Origin: an uncultured Bacteroidales bacterium | GTDB lineage: Bacteria > Bacillota_I > Bacilli_A > RFN20 > CAG-826 | Assembly (NCBI GenBank): GCA_963650805.1 | Contig: CAVJMG010000001.1 | Span: forward strand, 334,554-398,553 | DNA: 64,000 nt | Direction of reading: 5' to 3' | Part shown: positions 20,176-30,437 of the stretch, in pieces | How positions within the stretch are numbered: position 1 is the first letter of the stretch | How the letters are laid out: each line of letters begins with the position of its first letter | The notes under the pieces: generated by a model | Seen by the model: the letters and a program-made list of their open reading frames with translations, nothing else | Told to the model about the DNA's origin: nothing | Database searches by the model: none | Program-made: the position numbers and the translations under genes

Positions 20176-21492
20176 TCACCATTCCAGATCATACTTCTTC
20201 TTATCCTTCTCATCGATGTCTTTACCGATCTGCACCTCGATGATTTTCAAATCCTCGAGGGCCTCAATCGCATGCTTGCAACCGGTTTTGATGGTGACGA
20301 CATCGCCCCCATGGACAACGCGACGATCTCCATCAATAACAACGTTTCCTGTTCCGGAGACGACGTTCCAAACCTCATCTCTTCGCTCATGGGAATGGTA
20401 ATGCATCTTATTCCCCTTATTCATCGTTATCTTGACCGTCAGGGAATTCGGTCCAACGTCGATGACTTCATATTTGCCCCAGGATTTCTCCGCGAAGCGA
20501 ATCGTATCGTCGAATCCTTCAACATAAGGCTTGATGAACGAGGATTGCTCAGGGCTCGTTACCAGTATTCCTTCCGGGGAGGAGGCGACGATAACGTTCT
20601 TTAAGCCCATGCACAAGACGGGAATATCCAAGGAATTGATGACCTTAACGTTCTCGCATTTTTCGTTTAGGGCAACGTTGCCTATCGCGTTCTCCGTCAT
20701 CGCCTCGGTTAAGGTGTTCCAAGTCCCTAGGTCTTTCCATAAGCCATTGAACCTCATGACTTGGATGCTAGTTTCGTGTTCTGCAACCGCATAATCGAAG
20801 CTGGTTTTAAGGACGTTTGGATACTTATTGAGCAAATCCTTGTAATCGATGAAATCAATAAGCTCATGGGCCCGCTTAAGGACATAGCCGATTTTATAGG
20901 CGAATATCCCCGCGTTCCAAAGAGCTCCTTCTTTAATATATTCCGCGGCTTTCTCTTCAGTTGGCTTCTCTTTGAACGAAGACACCGGACTAACCTTGCC
21001 CTTCGTTTTCGGCACGATATAGCCATACTTCGCGCTTGGGTAAGTCGGTTCCATCCCCATCAACGTGAGATTGGCTTTGCCTTCGCTAGCCAGCTCATAT
21101 AGTTTCTTCAACGATTCGAAATAGTCATCCTCTACATAGGGATCCACTGGGCAAACGACAACGGCTTCGTCCTCGGATACGCCCATTTGATCGTGGAGAT
21201 AAGACGTAGCTAAAGTGATAGCGGCGAAAGTATCCCTTCTAGTGGGTTCGACGGAAATGTTGATGTCCTCTCCCAATTGATGGATGAGCTCCGAAACCTG
21301 CGATTTGCTTGTGGCAATCGTGATCTTCGCGCCTTTATCGATTTTTTCGATGGATCGATAGACTCTTTGAACCATGGATTCGTAGTTCCCGTTCTCGTCT
21401 TTGAAAATGCTGATGAACTGCTTTGACCTAACGTCGTTAGATAACGGCCAAAGCCTTTTTCCCGATCCTCCTGATAGCAAGATGATATTCAT
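20176..21492 (-). CDS. manC: Mannose-1-phosphate guanylyltransferase / mannose-6-phosphate isomerase (bifunctional ManC type)
   Basis: MNIILLSGGSGKRLWPLSNDVRSKQF… with a C-terminal cupin. Confidence 0.85.
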   Translation of the reverse strand: MNIILLSGGSGKRLWPLSNDVRSKQFISIFKDENGNYESMVQRVYRSIEKIDKGAKITIATSKSQVSELIHQLGEDINISVEPTRRDTFAAITLATSYLHDQMGVSEDEAVVVCPVDPYVEDDYFESLKKLYELASEGKANLTLMGMEPTYPSAKYGYIVPKTKGKVSPVSSFKEKPTEEKAAEYIKEGALWNAGIFAYKIGYVLKRAHELIDFIDYKDLLNKYPNVLKTSFDYAVAEHETSIQVMRFNGLWKDLGTWNTLTEAMTENAIGNVALNEKCENVKVINSLDIPVLCMGLKNVIVASSPEGILVTSPEQSSFIKPYVEGFDDTIRFAEKSWGKYEVIDVGPNSLTVKITMNKGNKMHYHSHERRDEVWNVVSGTGNVVIDGDRRVVHGGDVVTIKTGCKHAIEALEDLKIIEVQIGKDIDEKDKKKYDLEW

Positions 21493-21510
21493 ATAACGTC
21501 CTCGTATTCC

Positions 21511-22425
21511 TTATTCGCCACTATGATCGGTAAGCACAAACCATAGCCCTTTGAATATGATCTTCAAATCAAGGGCCGCGCTTCTGGTCTTGATGTATTG
21601 GATGTCCAAATCAACCCATTGGTTAAACGATAAGGAGTTCCTATTCGGGGTGATTTGCCATAAGCAAAGCAACCCACCTTTAACGTCTAAGCGGTGTTTC
21701 TGATATTCGTTATACTGATTGGTCTCTATAGGCAATGGAGGCCTAGGGCCCACTACACTTAGTCTACCGACGAAGATATCCCAGATTTGAGGCAACTCAT
21801 CAAGAGAGGTCTTGCGTAAGAATGACCCCACCTTGGTGATCCTAGGATCCTCTTTGAGTTTGAATGCCGGGGCATCCGCCTCATTGATCCCGTATTCTAG
21901 GAGTTTAGCCTTCATGGCCTCCGCCCCAGGACACATGGATCTAATCTTGTGGAACTTAAACAGTTTCCCTTTCTTGCCGACGCGGATGGACGTGTATAAC
22001 GCCCCCTTAACCGTGGGGTCTATCTCTCCGTTAGGATCCTTAGACACCCTGCAGTCATAACGTTTTCCATCCTTGGAGAGATATCTACCCTCGGGGTTCT
22101 CGATGATGTCGAGCTTATAGGCTCTGCCCCCATAATCCTCCAGGAGCTTAATGAGCATCAGAAGCAATATAAACCAGCCAAACAGCAACAACACCGTTCC
22201 GGAGGAAACAATGTCGAAGGCCCTCTTGATGAACTCGTAGAACTTGCCCCCATTGACAACGATGTCGTTAGAGGCGTCGTTCTCACCGCGGACAACCCTA
22301 GGCCCGTTAATCGCGGCTTCGCCTAGAGGCGATTCTAAGTTGCCGCTCTCTACTTCAGGCTCATTCATGCTCTTGGTATCCTCTAGGCAACCTATGAACA
22401 AAAGAAAATGAATCGTCGTTGCCAT
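21511..22425 (-). CDS. Initiating phosphoglycosyl (bacterial sugar) transferase, small WbaP/PglC-like
   Basis: …KFHKIRSM…DPRITKVGSFLRKTSLDELPQIWDIFVGRLSVVGPRPP…. First gene of the minus-strand operon. Confidence 0.8.
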   Translation of the reverse strand: MATTIHFLLFIGCLEDTKSMNEPEVESGNLESPLGEAAINGPRVVRGENDASNDIVVNGGKFYEFIKRAFDIVSSGTVLLLFGWFILLLMLIKLLEDYGGRAYKLDIIENPEGRYLSKDGKRYDCRVSKDPNGEIDPTVKGALYTSIRVGKKGKLFKFHKIRSMCPGAEAMKAKLLEYGINEADAPAFKLKEDPRITKVGSFLRKTSLDELPQIWDIFVGRLSVVGPRPPLPIETNQYNEYQKHRLDVKGGLLCLWQITPNRNSLSFNQWVDLDIQYIKTRSAALDLKIIFKGLWFVLTDHSGE

Positions 22426-22603
22426 AATCAGGATAGAGCTTCCCTATGAATGCTTCTTGCTCCGATTTGTTGGCTTGGATGAATTTCATAATCGTCTTCG
22501 TTCGTTGATATGTAAATCGTTATATCGGGGCTAGTTTACATATCTAACGTAGATTGGCAAGCCCCCAACTTCATATAAGCGTTTCCATTTCGTTTGGATG
22601 GCC

Positions 22604-22623
22604 TATATATATATATATATATA
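22604..22623. repeat. (TA)10 dinucleotide microsatellite in the divergent intergenic region
   Basis: tatatatatatatatatata read directly. It lies about 180 bp upstream of the sugar-transferase operon start. Confidence 0.9.
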
Positions 22624-23037
22624 TTATTGGGACGGAGAAACATTTGTCGCAAGAGCAATTGAGTTCGGAAGCGCTGAGAAAACCGGATATCTGCTACAGC
22701 AATCGCCACAAGCGCTTGACAATTTTTCGAGTATTTGCACAACTCCAGTTCGAGGCGCTAGAAAACACTAGAAGTATTTGTAGGAATTCCGCTCAAGTTT
22801 TCATCTTTGGCCTGTAGATAAAGCCGCAGTGCAAAAACACCCCGCCATCGAAAGCGTTATCGTCTTATTTTTCATACGTGTTGCGGAGCTCGTTACAGCC
22901 CTTTTTCGAAAGGCGAAATACATCGCTGCGTCCAAAAACAGCCCCCCGAAAGCAATCGGGCACCAAAATTCGAGCATACCATCTATCAAAACGGCAGTGA
23001 AGCCAGCGCTCCGAATTGCTTAATGTTTCACGTTGTT

Positions 23038-24111
23038 TTAAAGCCAATGCCTTTCGCTTGTTTCTATTCTGCATAGCAGCTTTTGAATAGCCATCTTGTC
23101 GATGAACTTGTAGATGAAACCGAACCCATAACCGATGATGATGGCGGCGAAAAAAGAAATGAGCCAAAACGCATAATGGTTCTCTATTTTTAGGCATTCA
23201 AAAAGCAAAATCATGGGGAAGCGTTGGAGGATATACACCCCAAAGGAGATAGAACTAAGGAATTTGAATATCCGTGAGCCGAATTTCAAATAATAAGTGA
23301 GACCAAATATCGCCCCGCAAAGGGAAAGAGCTCTAATCTCAAACGTTATTAAGTAGGGGATTTCCGGTACAAAACGAGAGAGAATATAAGAAGCAAAAAA
23401 CGTTGTGCTGCACGCCCCCAATAGTAAACCATAGAACAGGCCTTGCCGTCTCAAGCCCGATATTTTAGGCAGCGCATAGCCTACTCACAAACCCAGAGGG
23501 AAACAAAGAATGGTGTCATACCACCACGCGCCGTACCCCAATAGTTTGAATGCAATTACGTATCCAAAGACCGATAAGCTGGTGATTAAAATTGGCCATG
23601 CTTTGTTCTTGAAGGGAACGAGGAGGGCCAAACCCGAAGAAAGATAACAAAACAAAATGGCGAAAATAAACCAATTAGAATTTCCTATAGACGCCAAACC
23701 GATTGGAGCCAAAAGGTAGTCCGCCCATGAGTAGACGCCGTTGACTAAGGCCAAAACACAATACGGGATCAAGGAAACAAAGACGTAAAGGAATACTTTG
23801 AAGAAGTGCTTTATTAAAATAGTTTTTTCGTACGAGCGCCCTTTTTTCAGAACCGACGAAGCGATGCCGTATCCAGAGAAAAAGAAGAAGGGCGCCACCA
23901 TAAGCTGACCTATGCAGGCTAAAATGGCATTTAAATATTTGGAGCCGAAATCATCAAAGGCGATATAACTTGAGATATGGCTAAAGAGGATGAAAATGAC
24001 GCAAAGCCCTCTGATTGCGTCACAAGAGTTTTTTGTTAAGGTTTCTTCCCCTTTATTCAAACGGACAGACAGCGCGAACAGTAGGCACAAAATCACAAAA
24101 AGAAATATCAT
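23038..24111 (-). pseudogene. Acyltransferase-3 (OatA-like) membrane O-acyltransferase interrupted by an in-frame TGA (23485-23487)
   Basis: N-terminal …CDAIRGLCVIFILFSH… (acyl_transf_3 signature). The same frame continues after a single TGA codon into the 138-aa piece. Confidence 0.6.
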
Positions 24112-24213
24112 TTAAACTCCAAAAGTCAGTTTTTTATATCACGTTCGCCGCCATTTTTCTATAATCGTCGTGGCGCTTAATCATATTTCGCCCCTAGATT
24201 CGCTTGAATAAGA

Positions 24214-25785
24214 ATGGCTATACGAGGAAACGACGCTAAAAACATAAAATTGGGGATATTTATATCCTATTTTTCCTTAGCGGTTTCCCTCATGGGCTAT
24301 TTTGTTGTTACCAAAAAGGTTCTTTATTATATCGGCGACTACAACTACGGTCTCTATTCGTTTGTTCTTTCCATTGTAAATTGGGCGACAATTGTGTCCA
24401 ACGCTTTAAACGCTTCTTATATTAGATTCGCCGTCATAGAAGCGGAGAGGAACGGCGACGTTGGGCGCATCAACTCCATTTACGTTAAATTGCTTGGTAT
24501 TATCTCCGTTGCGATTCTGGCCATCGGGTTTTCGGTTTTTGGACTGCTTTATTTTTGGAAAGTGCCTTTATTCGAGTACTCCTGGGATGACAGCCGAACC
24601 TTGTATTGTCTTTTCGCCACTTCTTTGATTAATGTGGCATTTTCAATTCTTACGTCCGTTTACAGTTTATTCGTCAACTACAAGAAGGAATTCGTATTCT
24701 CTAGATTGCTTTCCCTCGGCGTAACTATCCTTGGATTCGCGGCACACTGGGCGCTTGCCTATTACACGAAAAGCGTCATGGCGATAGCCGTATATTCCAT
24801 CGTTGCCACGCTTATTAACGCAATCGGGAACCTCATTTATTCAAGAAAATGCCTTGGCTACCATTATAAAGAAGCGAAACTAAGGGATAACCGTATCTTG
24901 CTAAAGCAGATCGCCGCTTTTTCCGGGATCATTCTTTTTAATACTTTGGTTGACCAAATCAACGCAAGCGTGGATCAAATGATCCTCGGAGCCATGGGGG
25001 CTCCAGAAAGCGTGACGATCTATAAGCTCGGACAATCTCTATCAACTTATTTGACGACAATGTCACTAGCGGTAAGTTCCTCCTACGTGCCAACAATCAA
25101 CGAACTTGTGGCGAAGGGCAAGGACGACGAAATAAACGCTCTTTACCTAAAAGTATCAAGAATGCAAACTATAGTGCTTTGCACCGTCGCGTTCGGCTTT
25201 CTTTCTTGCGGATACGATTTCATTCAGTTGTGGCTTGGTCAAAAGAGAATTGAGGCGTTTTATGTAGGCGTTACGTTGATGCTGCTCAACCTTTGTCCTC
25301 TGACCATCAACGCCTCCATTGAAGTTCAAAGGGCCAGAAACAAACACCTATTTAGGGCTCTCGTCTATTTCTTTGTCGCGCTGGGGAACGTTGCGCTTTC
25401 CGCCTTGTTCCTATTCCTCTTCCCAAAAGATAAGGCAATATACGCTTGCCTTCTAGGGACGGTCATCGCGGTTACCATTTCGCATTGGATCGTCATGAAC
25501 ATATACAACGCGAAGGCCATGCATTTGCCCGTCCTTCGCCAAATGGGCACGCTAGGGCTGTTCATGGCGCTTGGGGCAGCGTGCTGGGGAATAACGTACG
25601 CTTTCTTTTTGATACCCGCGCTTTCGGGAATGGAAAGCCATTTCTATCGTTTTCTTATTAAGGGATCGCTTTTCGTTGCGTTTTATTTACCTTGTTTGGT
25701 TTTGCTCAATTGGAAAAGCCTCAAGCCGCGTTTAATTTCTATCATAAGCAGATTGAGAAAGAGGGATTCCGACAATGAAATCTAA
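24214..25785 (+). CDS. wzx: Second Wzx-type oligosaccharide flippase
   Basis: 523-aa polytopic protein. The N-terminus and topology are typical of Polysacc_synt. Confidence 0.75.
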   Translation: MAIRGNDAKNIKLGIFISYFSLAVSLMGYFVVTKKVLYYIGDYNYGLYSFVLSIVNWATIVSNALNASYIRFAVIEAERNGDVGRINSIYVKLLGIISVAILAIGFSVFGLLYFWKVPLFEYSWDDSRTLYCLFATSLINVAFSILTSVYSLFVNYKKEFVFSRLLSLGVTILGFAAHWALAYYTKSVMAIAVYSIVATLINAIGNLIYSRKCLGYHYKEAKLRDNRILLKQIAAFSGIILFNTLVDQINASVDQMILGAMGAPESVTIYKLGQSLSTYLTTMSLAVSSSYVPTINELVAKGKDDEINALYLKVSRMQTIVLCTVAFGFLSCGYDFIQLWLGQKRIEAFYVGVTLMLLNLCPLTINASIEVQRARNKHLFRALVYFFVALGNVALSALFLFLFPKDKAIYACLLGTVIAVTISHWIVMNIYNAKAMHLPVLRQMGTLGLFMALGAACWGITYAFFLIPALSGMESHFYRFLIKGSLFVAFYLPCLVLLNWKSLKPRLISIISRLRKRDSDNEI

Positions 25786-26992
25786 AGCGTTCATTAAAAA
25801 AGGCATCAAAAAAAGCCTTTATCGTTTATTCCCTCACAAGATTATCCCTAATCGCATTTTGTTCGAAGGCATAGGCCCATATGATAATGGATATTCCCTT
25901 TTTCGATATGCGCGCGTGAATGCCAAGCATTTGGAATGCTACTTCTTAGTTCCGTGGCAAAACAGGAAGCAAATGCCAAAAGAATGCAAGAAAAACCTTG
26001 TTTATACGTATAACAGTGGCCTCGCTTGGTGGCGCGCTTTTTTTGCAGTTTTTAGTCATCCCGCTTCTGCGTTTAAAACAATGCGGTTGCGAAGCACTTT
26101 CGCTTATGAGTTTTCGAGTTATGGATCGGCCCTTTCCTGGAATCGAAGCACCAAAAAAATATACGTTTATCACGGAATCGGCCTGAAAGGGGCGATGGAG
26201 TACTTCAAATCCGTATATAACGCGTTTGATAAGGCTACAGTTCCTTCCGCATTCGTAAAGAGCAATTATGTCAAATATTACAGCGAGAAAGAAGATAAAT
26301 TCGACATCTTGCCTTCGTGCCGCGGATCGGAACTGAAATTTGATGACAAAACAAATCGCGCCTTCCGCGATTTGGTGCACGCAGGATCTAACAAGATTCT
26401 CTTAGTCATGGTAACGTTTAGGCGGAACCCGGATAACACGTTCGATGAGAAGACAATCTTGCCCCTACAACTTGACTTTAATCGGTTGAACGCCATCTTG
26501 GTTAACGCGGGGTATACGATGGTTATAAAACTACACCACGCGCTGAACAACGCTGATCTATCTATTTTTCCAAACTGTTCAAATATTGTTTTCTTGAAAA
26601 ACAAGGATATCCAAAAGCTTGGATTAACGCCCACGTCGACAATGCCCTACTGCGATGCTCTCATCTCGGACTATTCTTCATGTTCGACGAATTATTTACT
26701 TCTCGATAGACCGATTGGGTATTTAATCCCGGACTTCGAATCGTATAAAACCGAAATCAACGGCGGCTTTATTTTCGACGATCCGCTTTCCCTTATGGCG
26801 GGAGACAAATTTACGAATCAAGAAGGTTTAGAAAAGTTCATTGAAACTTTGGGCGATGGCCAAGATGCCCACAAAGAAGAAAGAGCGAAGGTGAGCAAAC
26901 TTCTCAATGGCGATTGGCCAAAGGACATTTGCCCGGAAAAAGCCGTTCTCGACTTCTACTGTGGTCAACAGGCTTTGAAACAAACCGCTTAA
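25775..26992 (+). CDS. CDP-glycerol glycerophosphotransferase (TagB/TagF family)
   Basis: N-terminal ILFEGIGPYDNGYSLFRYA matches the TagF family. Adjacent to tagD. Confidence 0.7.
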   Translation: MKSKAFIKKGIKKSLYRLFPHKIIPNRILFEGIGPYDNGYSLFRYARVNAKHLECYFLVPWQNRKQMPKECKKNLVYTYNSGLAWWRAFFAVFSHPASAFKTMRLRSTFAYEFSSYGSALSWNRSTKKIYVYHGIGLKGAMEYFKSVYNAFDKATVPSAFVKSNYVKYYSEKEDKFDILPSCRGSELKFDDKTNRAFRDLVHAGSNKILLVMVTFRRNPDNTFDEKTILPLQLDFNRLNAILVNAGYTMVIKLHHALNNADLSIFPNCSNIVFLKNKDIQKLGLTPTSTMPYCDALISDYSSCSTNYLLLDRPIGYLIPDFESYKTEINGGFIFDDPLSLMAGDKFTNQEGLEKFIETLGDGQDAHKEERAKVSKLLNGDWPKDICPEKAVLDFYCGQQALKQTA

Positions 26993-27147
26993 TAGTCGAA
27001 GTTATTTCATCGGCTAGGCGAAGCCAAAATCTTGAGTCATTTTCCGTTTTGAATAAACCCATACGCAATTATGCGGCACAAATTTCAAATTACGAAAAGT
27101 GCTTCTAATCTTTCTCGAGCGGCGATGAAACCAAAAAGCCGGTGGGA

Positions 27148-27540
27148 TTATTTGTGCAAATCAGTTTTAATTTGGGTCGTCGATATTTCAGGCGTTCTGG
27201 ATAGATAAACAACCTCGACATTTTCGTCTTTAAGGAAATCGAAACGCCCCTTCCAATCGTCGCCCATGACAAATGTATCAATGTGATATTCGTGTACATC
27301 ACTAACTTTTTGCTTCCAGTTTTCCTCAGGAATCACGAGATCGACGTATCTGATAGATTCGAGTAGAGCCTTCCTTTGTTCGTATGTGAAATAACATTTC
27401 TTGCCCTTTTCGTTCCAATTGAATTCATCCGTCGACAGCGCCACGATTAAATAATCCCCAAGGGCTTTGGCTCGTTTTAAAAGATTGATGTGACCATAAT
27501 GCAGAAGGTCGAATGTTCCGTAGGTGATAACTCTTTTCAT
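27148..27540 (-). CDS. tagD: Glycerol-3-phosphate cytidylyltransferase
   Basis: MKRVITYGTFDLLHYGHINLLKRAKALGDYLIVALSTDEFN… The ORF track starts further upstream; the start was chosen at the MKRV codon. Confidence 0.85.
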   Translation of the reverse strand: MKRVITYGTFDLLHYGHINLLKRAKALGDYLIVALSTDEFNWNEKGKKCYFTYEQRKALLESIRYVDLVIPEENWKQKVSDVHEYHIDTFVMGDDWKGRFDFLKDENVEVVYLSRTPEISTTQIKTDLHK

Positions 27541-27940
27541 TTTAACGCCCTTTCCCGCCACGCGAGATTCTTGTTTAATCAATAGAAACGGTTTCGCTAA
27601 ACGATGGTTTCCATCAGGCTTTCGTAGGATACCACCCAACCGAGTCTAAGCCCTAGACTTTTGTTTGATTGCGAAGCATCCTAACGGCCAGCCCAAAGAA
27701 TTTACCGATCTACAATAATCACGAATGTTCCGTCAGACGTCCGTGGAATCGCACGGCGAAAGCCATCCACGATGGCAAAGCGGTTTATTCAATGAGGACC
27801 AATGAACTTTTGCGAGCCCCTTTCCTTGTTCTCTAGGGAGATATATCTCTCCTCATCGCCACAAATACAAGCAATGACGCGGTCTCCTAAAGAACGATTA
27901 TGGGTTTAATCAATGCAATTTCGCAGAAGAACGACAACTC

Positions 27941-28978
27941 TTAAGCCGTGCGACGCCGACGTAAAATGCTTTTTAAGCACGTCCTCTTAAGGCGAGCAAG
28001 CCTCATATGGATCATCTGATATCTATCGATAGAAAAATACGCGTTTTTCAAATACAGCCTAACCAATTTGTCTTCATTGAACCATAACCCTTTTTCAAAA
28101 CTTTCCCTGCAAAGCTTATAGAGTTCAAATCGAGTTTGGCGGTCTTTAGGCGAGGACAACGCGGCTATATACGTGTAAGCCTTTAAATAATGGTATTCCG
28201 ACTTAAAATAGGCTTTTTCGTCAAAAAGATTGTTTTTCTTCAATCTTTCTTCTTTATAGGCGAGCATTGCCCTGACCGAACCTATATCCTTAAAGAATTT
28301 CTCTTTGTTGAAAACATTGCAGACGGAGGCTTCGTTATAACGGTAAACATATAGGCGGTTCGTTATAAGAGCAATAGAGCGAGCCTGTTCGATGTAAAAA
28401 ATAGACTGAACCGCATCTTCGCCCATTCTCATGTCCTTGCATCTCTCCAGCAAATCCTCAGGAAGTGCCGGAACGGGATTTTTAATAGCCTTATAGCAAA
28501 GACTATTAAACAAGTCGGAGCAGCAAGCCCTCAAAAGCAGCTCGTCAACTTTTGGACCGGCGTAAAGCCTTTCATCGTTCCAATCGCTTGGGCCGTTTAT
28601 CTTGCCGCCGATTTTCAGAATATAATAATTGAAAATCAGCATATCAGGCCAACGGTGTTTCGTTATTTTGTCACGCAAAACAGCCAACGTCTCTTTTTCA
28701 AGTAAATCATCACCGTCTAAAAACAGTGAATAATCCCCGCTGTTGCGTTCCAAGGCTTTCGTTCTAGCGGCCATTTGGCCTTGATTTACTTGATGAATGA
28801 CAGTCCACCGTTTATCTCGTCTCGCCCAATCGTCCGCTATCTTTGGAGTGTCATCGTTAGAACCATCATCGACTACAATCACTTCAAAATTTCCATAGGA
28901 TTGCTCTAAGATGGACCGGAAGCACTCATCAATGTATTTTTCTCCGTTATAAACAGGTATGTTAATGCTAAATTTCAT
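27941..28978 (-). CDS. GT2 family glycosyltransferase
   Basis: MKFSINIPVYNGEKYIDECFRSILEQSYGNFEVIVVDDGSNDDT…LFLDGDD. Confidence 0.8.
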   Translation of the reverse strand: MKFSINIPVYNGEKYIDECFRSILEQSYGNFEVIVVDDGSNDDTPKIADDWARRDKRWTVIHQVNQGQMAARTKALERNSGDYSLFLDGDDLLEKETLAVLRDKITKHRWPDMLIFNYYILKIGGKINGPSDWNDERLYAGPKVDELLLRACCSDLFNSLCYKAIKNPVPALPEDLLERCKDMRMGEDAVQSIFYIEQARSIALITNRLYVYRYNEASVCNVFNKEKFFKDIGSVRAMLAYKEERLKKNNLFDEKAYFKSEYHYLKAYTYIAALSSPKDRQTRFELYKLCRESFEKGLWFNEDKLVRLYLKNAYFSIDRYQMIHMRLARLKRTCLKSILRRRRTA

Positions 28979-29174
28979 ACTCTTTCCTCGGAATGATTTG
29001 GAAGTCCGCTTCAGAAGTTCTTTAAATCGAAGCATTTTTCTTCTAACGAGATTTTAAGACAAACAAAATCTCACAACCACCCACAACGAGACTTAAAACG
29101 CTGAAAGGAGGCCCGTAGATGGCTCCATAAGACAAGATGTTTGAAGTTTGTGATAATATTGAACCGCTAAAACC

Positions 29175-30437
29175 ATGGGCAAAAGAAAATGCATAAAAAA
29201 ACACACCTTACCGCTCCTTTCGGTTTTATGCACGCTTTTAGGGTTGTTTTCCGCAAGCGCCGCTTCTTTTTTTTCACCCAGCGCCTTAGAAACCTCTTAT
29301 GCCCAGCTTACTGCGGCCAAATGCAAAGAAAGCAAAAGCAACAATGCAAATGCCTTATTCAACATAGGCGAGAGTTCCTATAAGGAAATAAAAAACACAT
29401 TCTCTTCGCTTTGGCAGCAAAATTTCCTGGGAACTATGCAATTCATCCCCGCATGCGTCAATGACGACGCGACCGATTACGCTTCTTTCCCGGCGACCTT
29501 AGAAGGGACCGATGTTTCCGACGATGTCGCCGTGGGGACGGCGTTCTTGTTTTCAAACCAAGAGAAAACCATGCGCTTTGAAACACTATGCATAAACGTT
29601 TACCAGAAAAAATGGGCCTATTCAAGTTTTGCAAACCTCAGTAAAGATGGCTTCGTTTTTATTCCCGACTACTATGCGGACAACCTTATCAGCCGGTCTA
29701 CGAAAATGAGTAGTTACGACGATCTTTTGCCGGACTATTCCGAAAACGGAACAATTTCAAATTTTCAATGTCTTAACATTCCTTTTGAAAACTCAATAAG
29801 GAGTTGGGCGATTGTCGGCATCTATCATGCCAAGGGATTTAACGAAGCCCATTATGGAAAGGCGTTCACTTCTAACGATCAAGGGTATGGCGCTTTCGCC
29901 AATGGATTTAACGCACCCTTGCTCATTGGGTTCGACGCGGATTTCCTTACTAAAAATTTAAATGGCTTCTTCGTATCTTCAAGAGCGCAAACCTACGTTC
30001 TCAAGAACAACGTTGAAACTTTGATAAGTCAAGATGAAACGGCGGCAGGCTGCGCACGTTTTTTCTCGCTCGACTCTGAAAAAATGGCCGAAATCCCATC
30101 TTCTTATGAAATTTATCGACAGTGTTTATTAAAGCGACAAGGGCCAAGTTGGCAAACCATCCTATTCGTTTCCCTTTCTCTCGTATTTTTTGCCTGTGCT
30201 GTAATCGTAAGCAAAAAGGCAAATTTTAAAAGCGCGACAGCTGCCGCCTTTTGGCTGCTAACCCCCACAGTAGTCGTTGGAGTGGTATCAGGAATCCTTA
30301 GAGGCTTCTTTTCGAACGAAATTTTGTTTATTGCCTTAGGAGTGTCCCATTATCTAGGTCTAGCTTTACTTCTATCACTTTTAATCGAAACAACCTTCAT
30401 CGTTTTTTATGCAAAAAAAGAAAGGGAGGGAGCATGA
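29175..30437 (+). CDS. Hypothetical exported protein with C-terminal membrane anchor(s)
   Basis: Signal-peptide-like N-terminus and hydrophobic C-terminal helices. Translationally coupled (ATGA) to the downstream Wzy-like gene. Confidence 0.5.
   Translation: MGKRKCIKKHTLPLLSVLCTLLGLFSASAASFFSPSALETSYAQLTAAKCKESKSNNANALFNIGESSYKEIKNTFSSLWQQNFLGTMQFIPACVNDDATDYASFPATLEGTDVSDDVAVGTAFLFSNQEKTMRFETLCINVYQKKWAYSSFANLSKDGFVFIPDYYADNLISRSTKMSSYDDLLPDYSENGTISNFQCLNIPFENSIRSWAIVGIYHAKGFNEAHYGKAFTSNDQGYGAFANGFNAPLLIGFDADFLTKNLNGFFVSSRAQTYVLKNNVETLISQDETAAGCARFFSLDSEKMAEIPSSYEIYRQCLLKRQGPSWQTILFVSLSLVFFACAVIVSKKANFKSATAAAFWLLTPTVVVGVVSGILRGFFSNEILFIALGVSHYLGLALLLSLLIETTFIVFYAKKEREGA

Noticed and set aside
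20216-21102. Plus-strand ORFs inside manC
   Set aside because: They are antisense to a near-canonical ManC. They are short and have no features.
23485-23487. TGA reassignment (genetic code 4 or 25) as the explanation for the in-frame TGA
   Set aside because: Other genes in the window terminate at TGA, TAA and TAG with normal lengths under the standard code. A recoded genome would fragment most standard-code ORFs.
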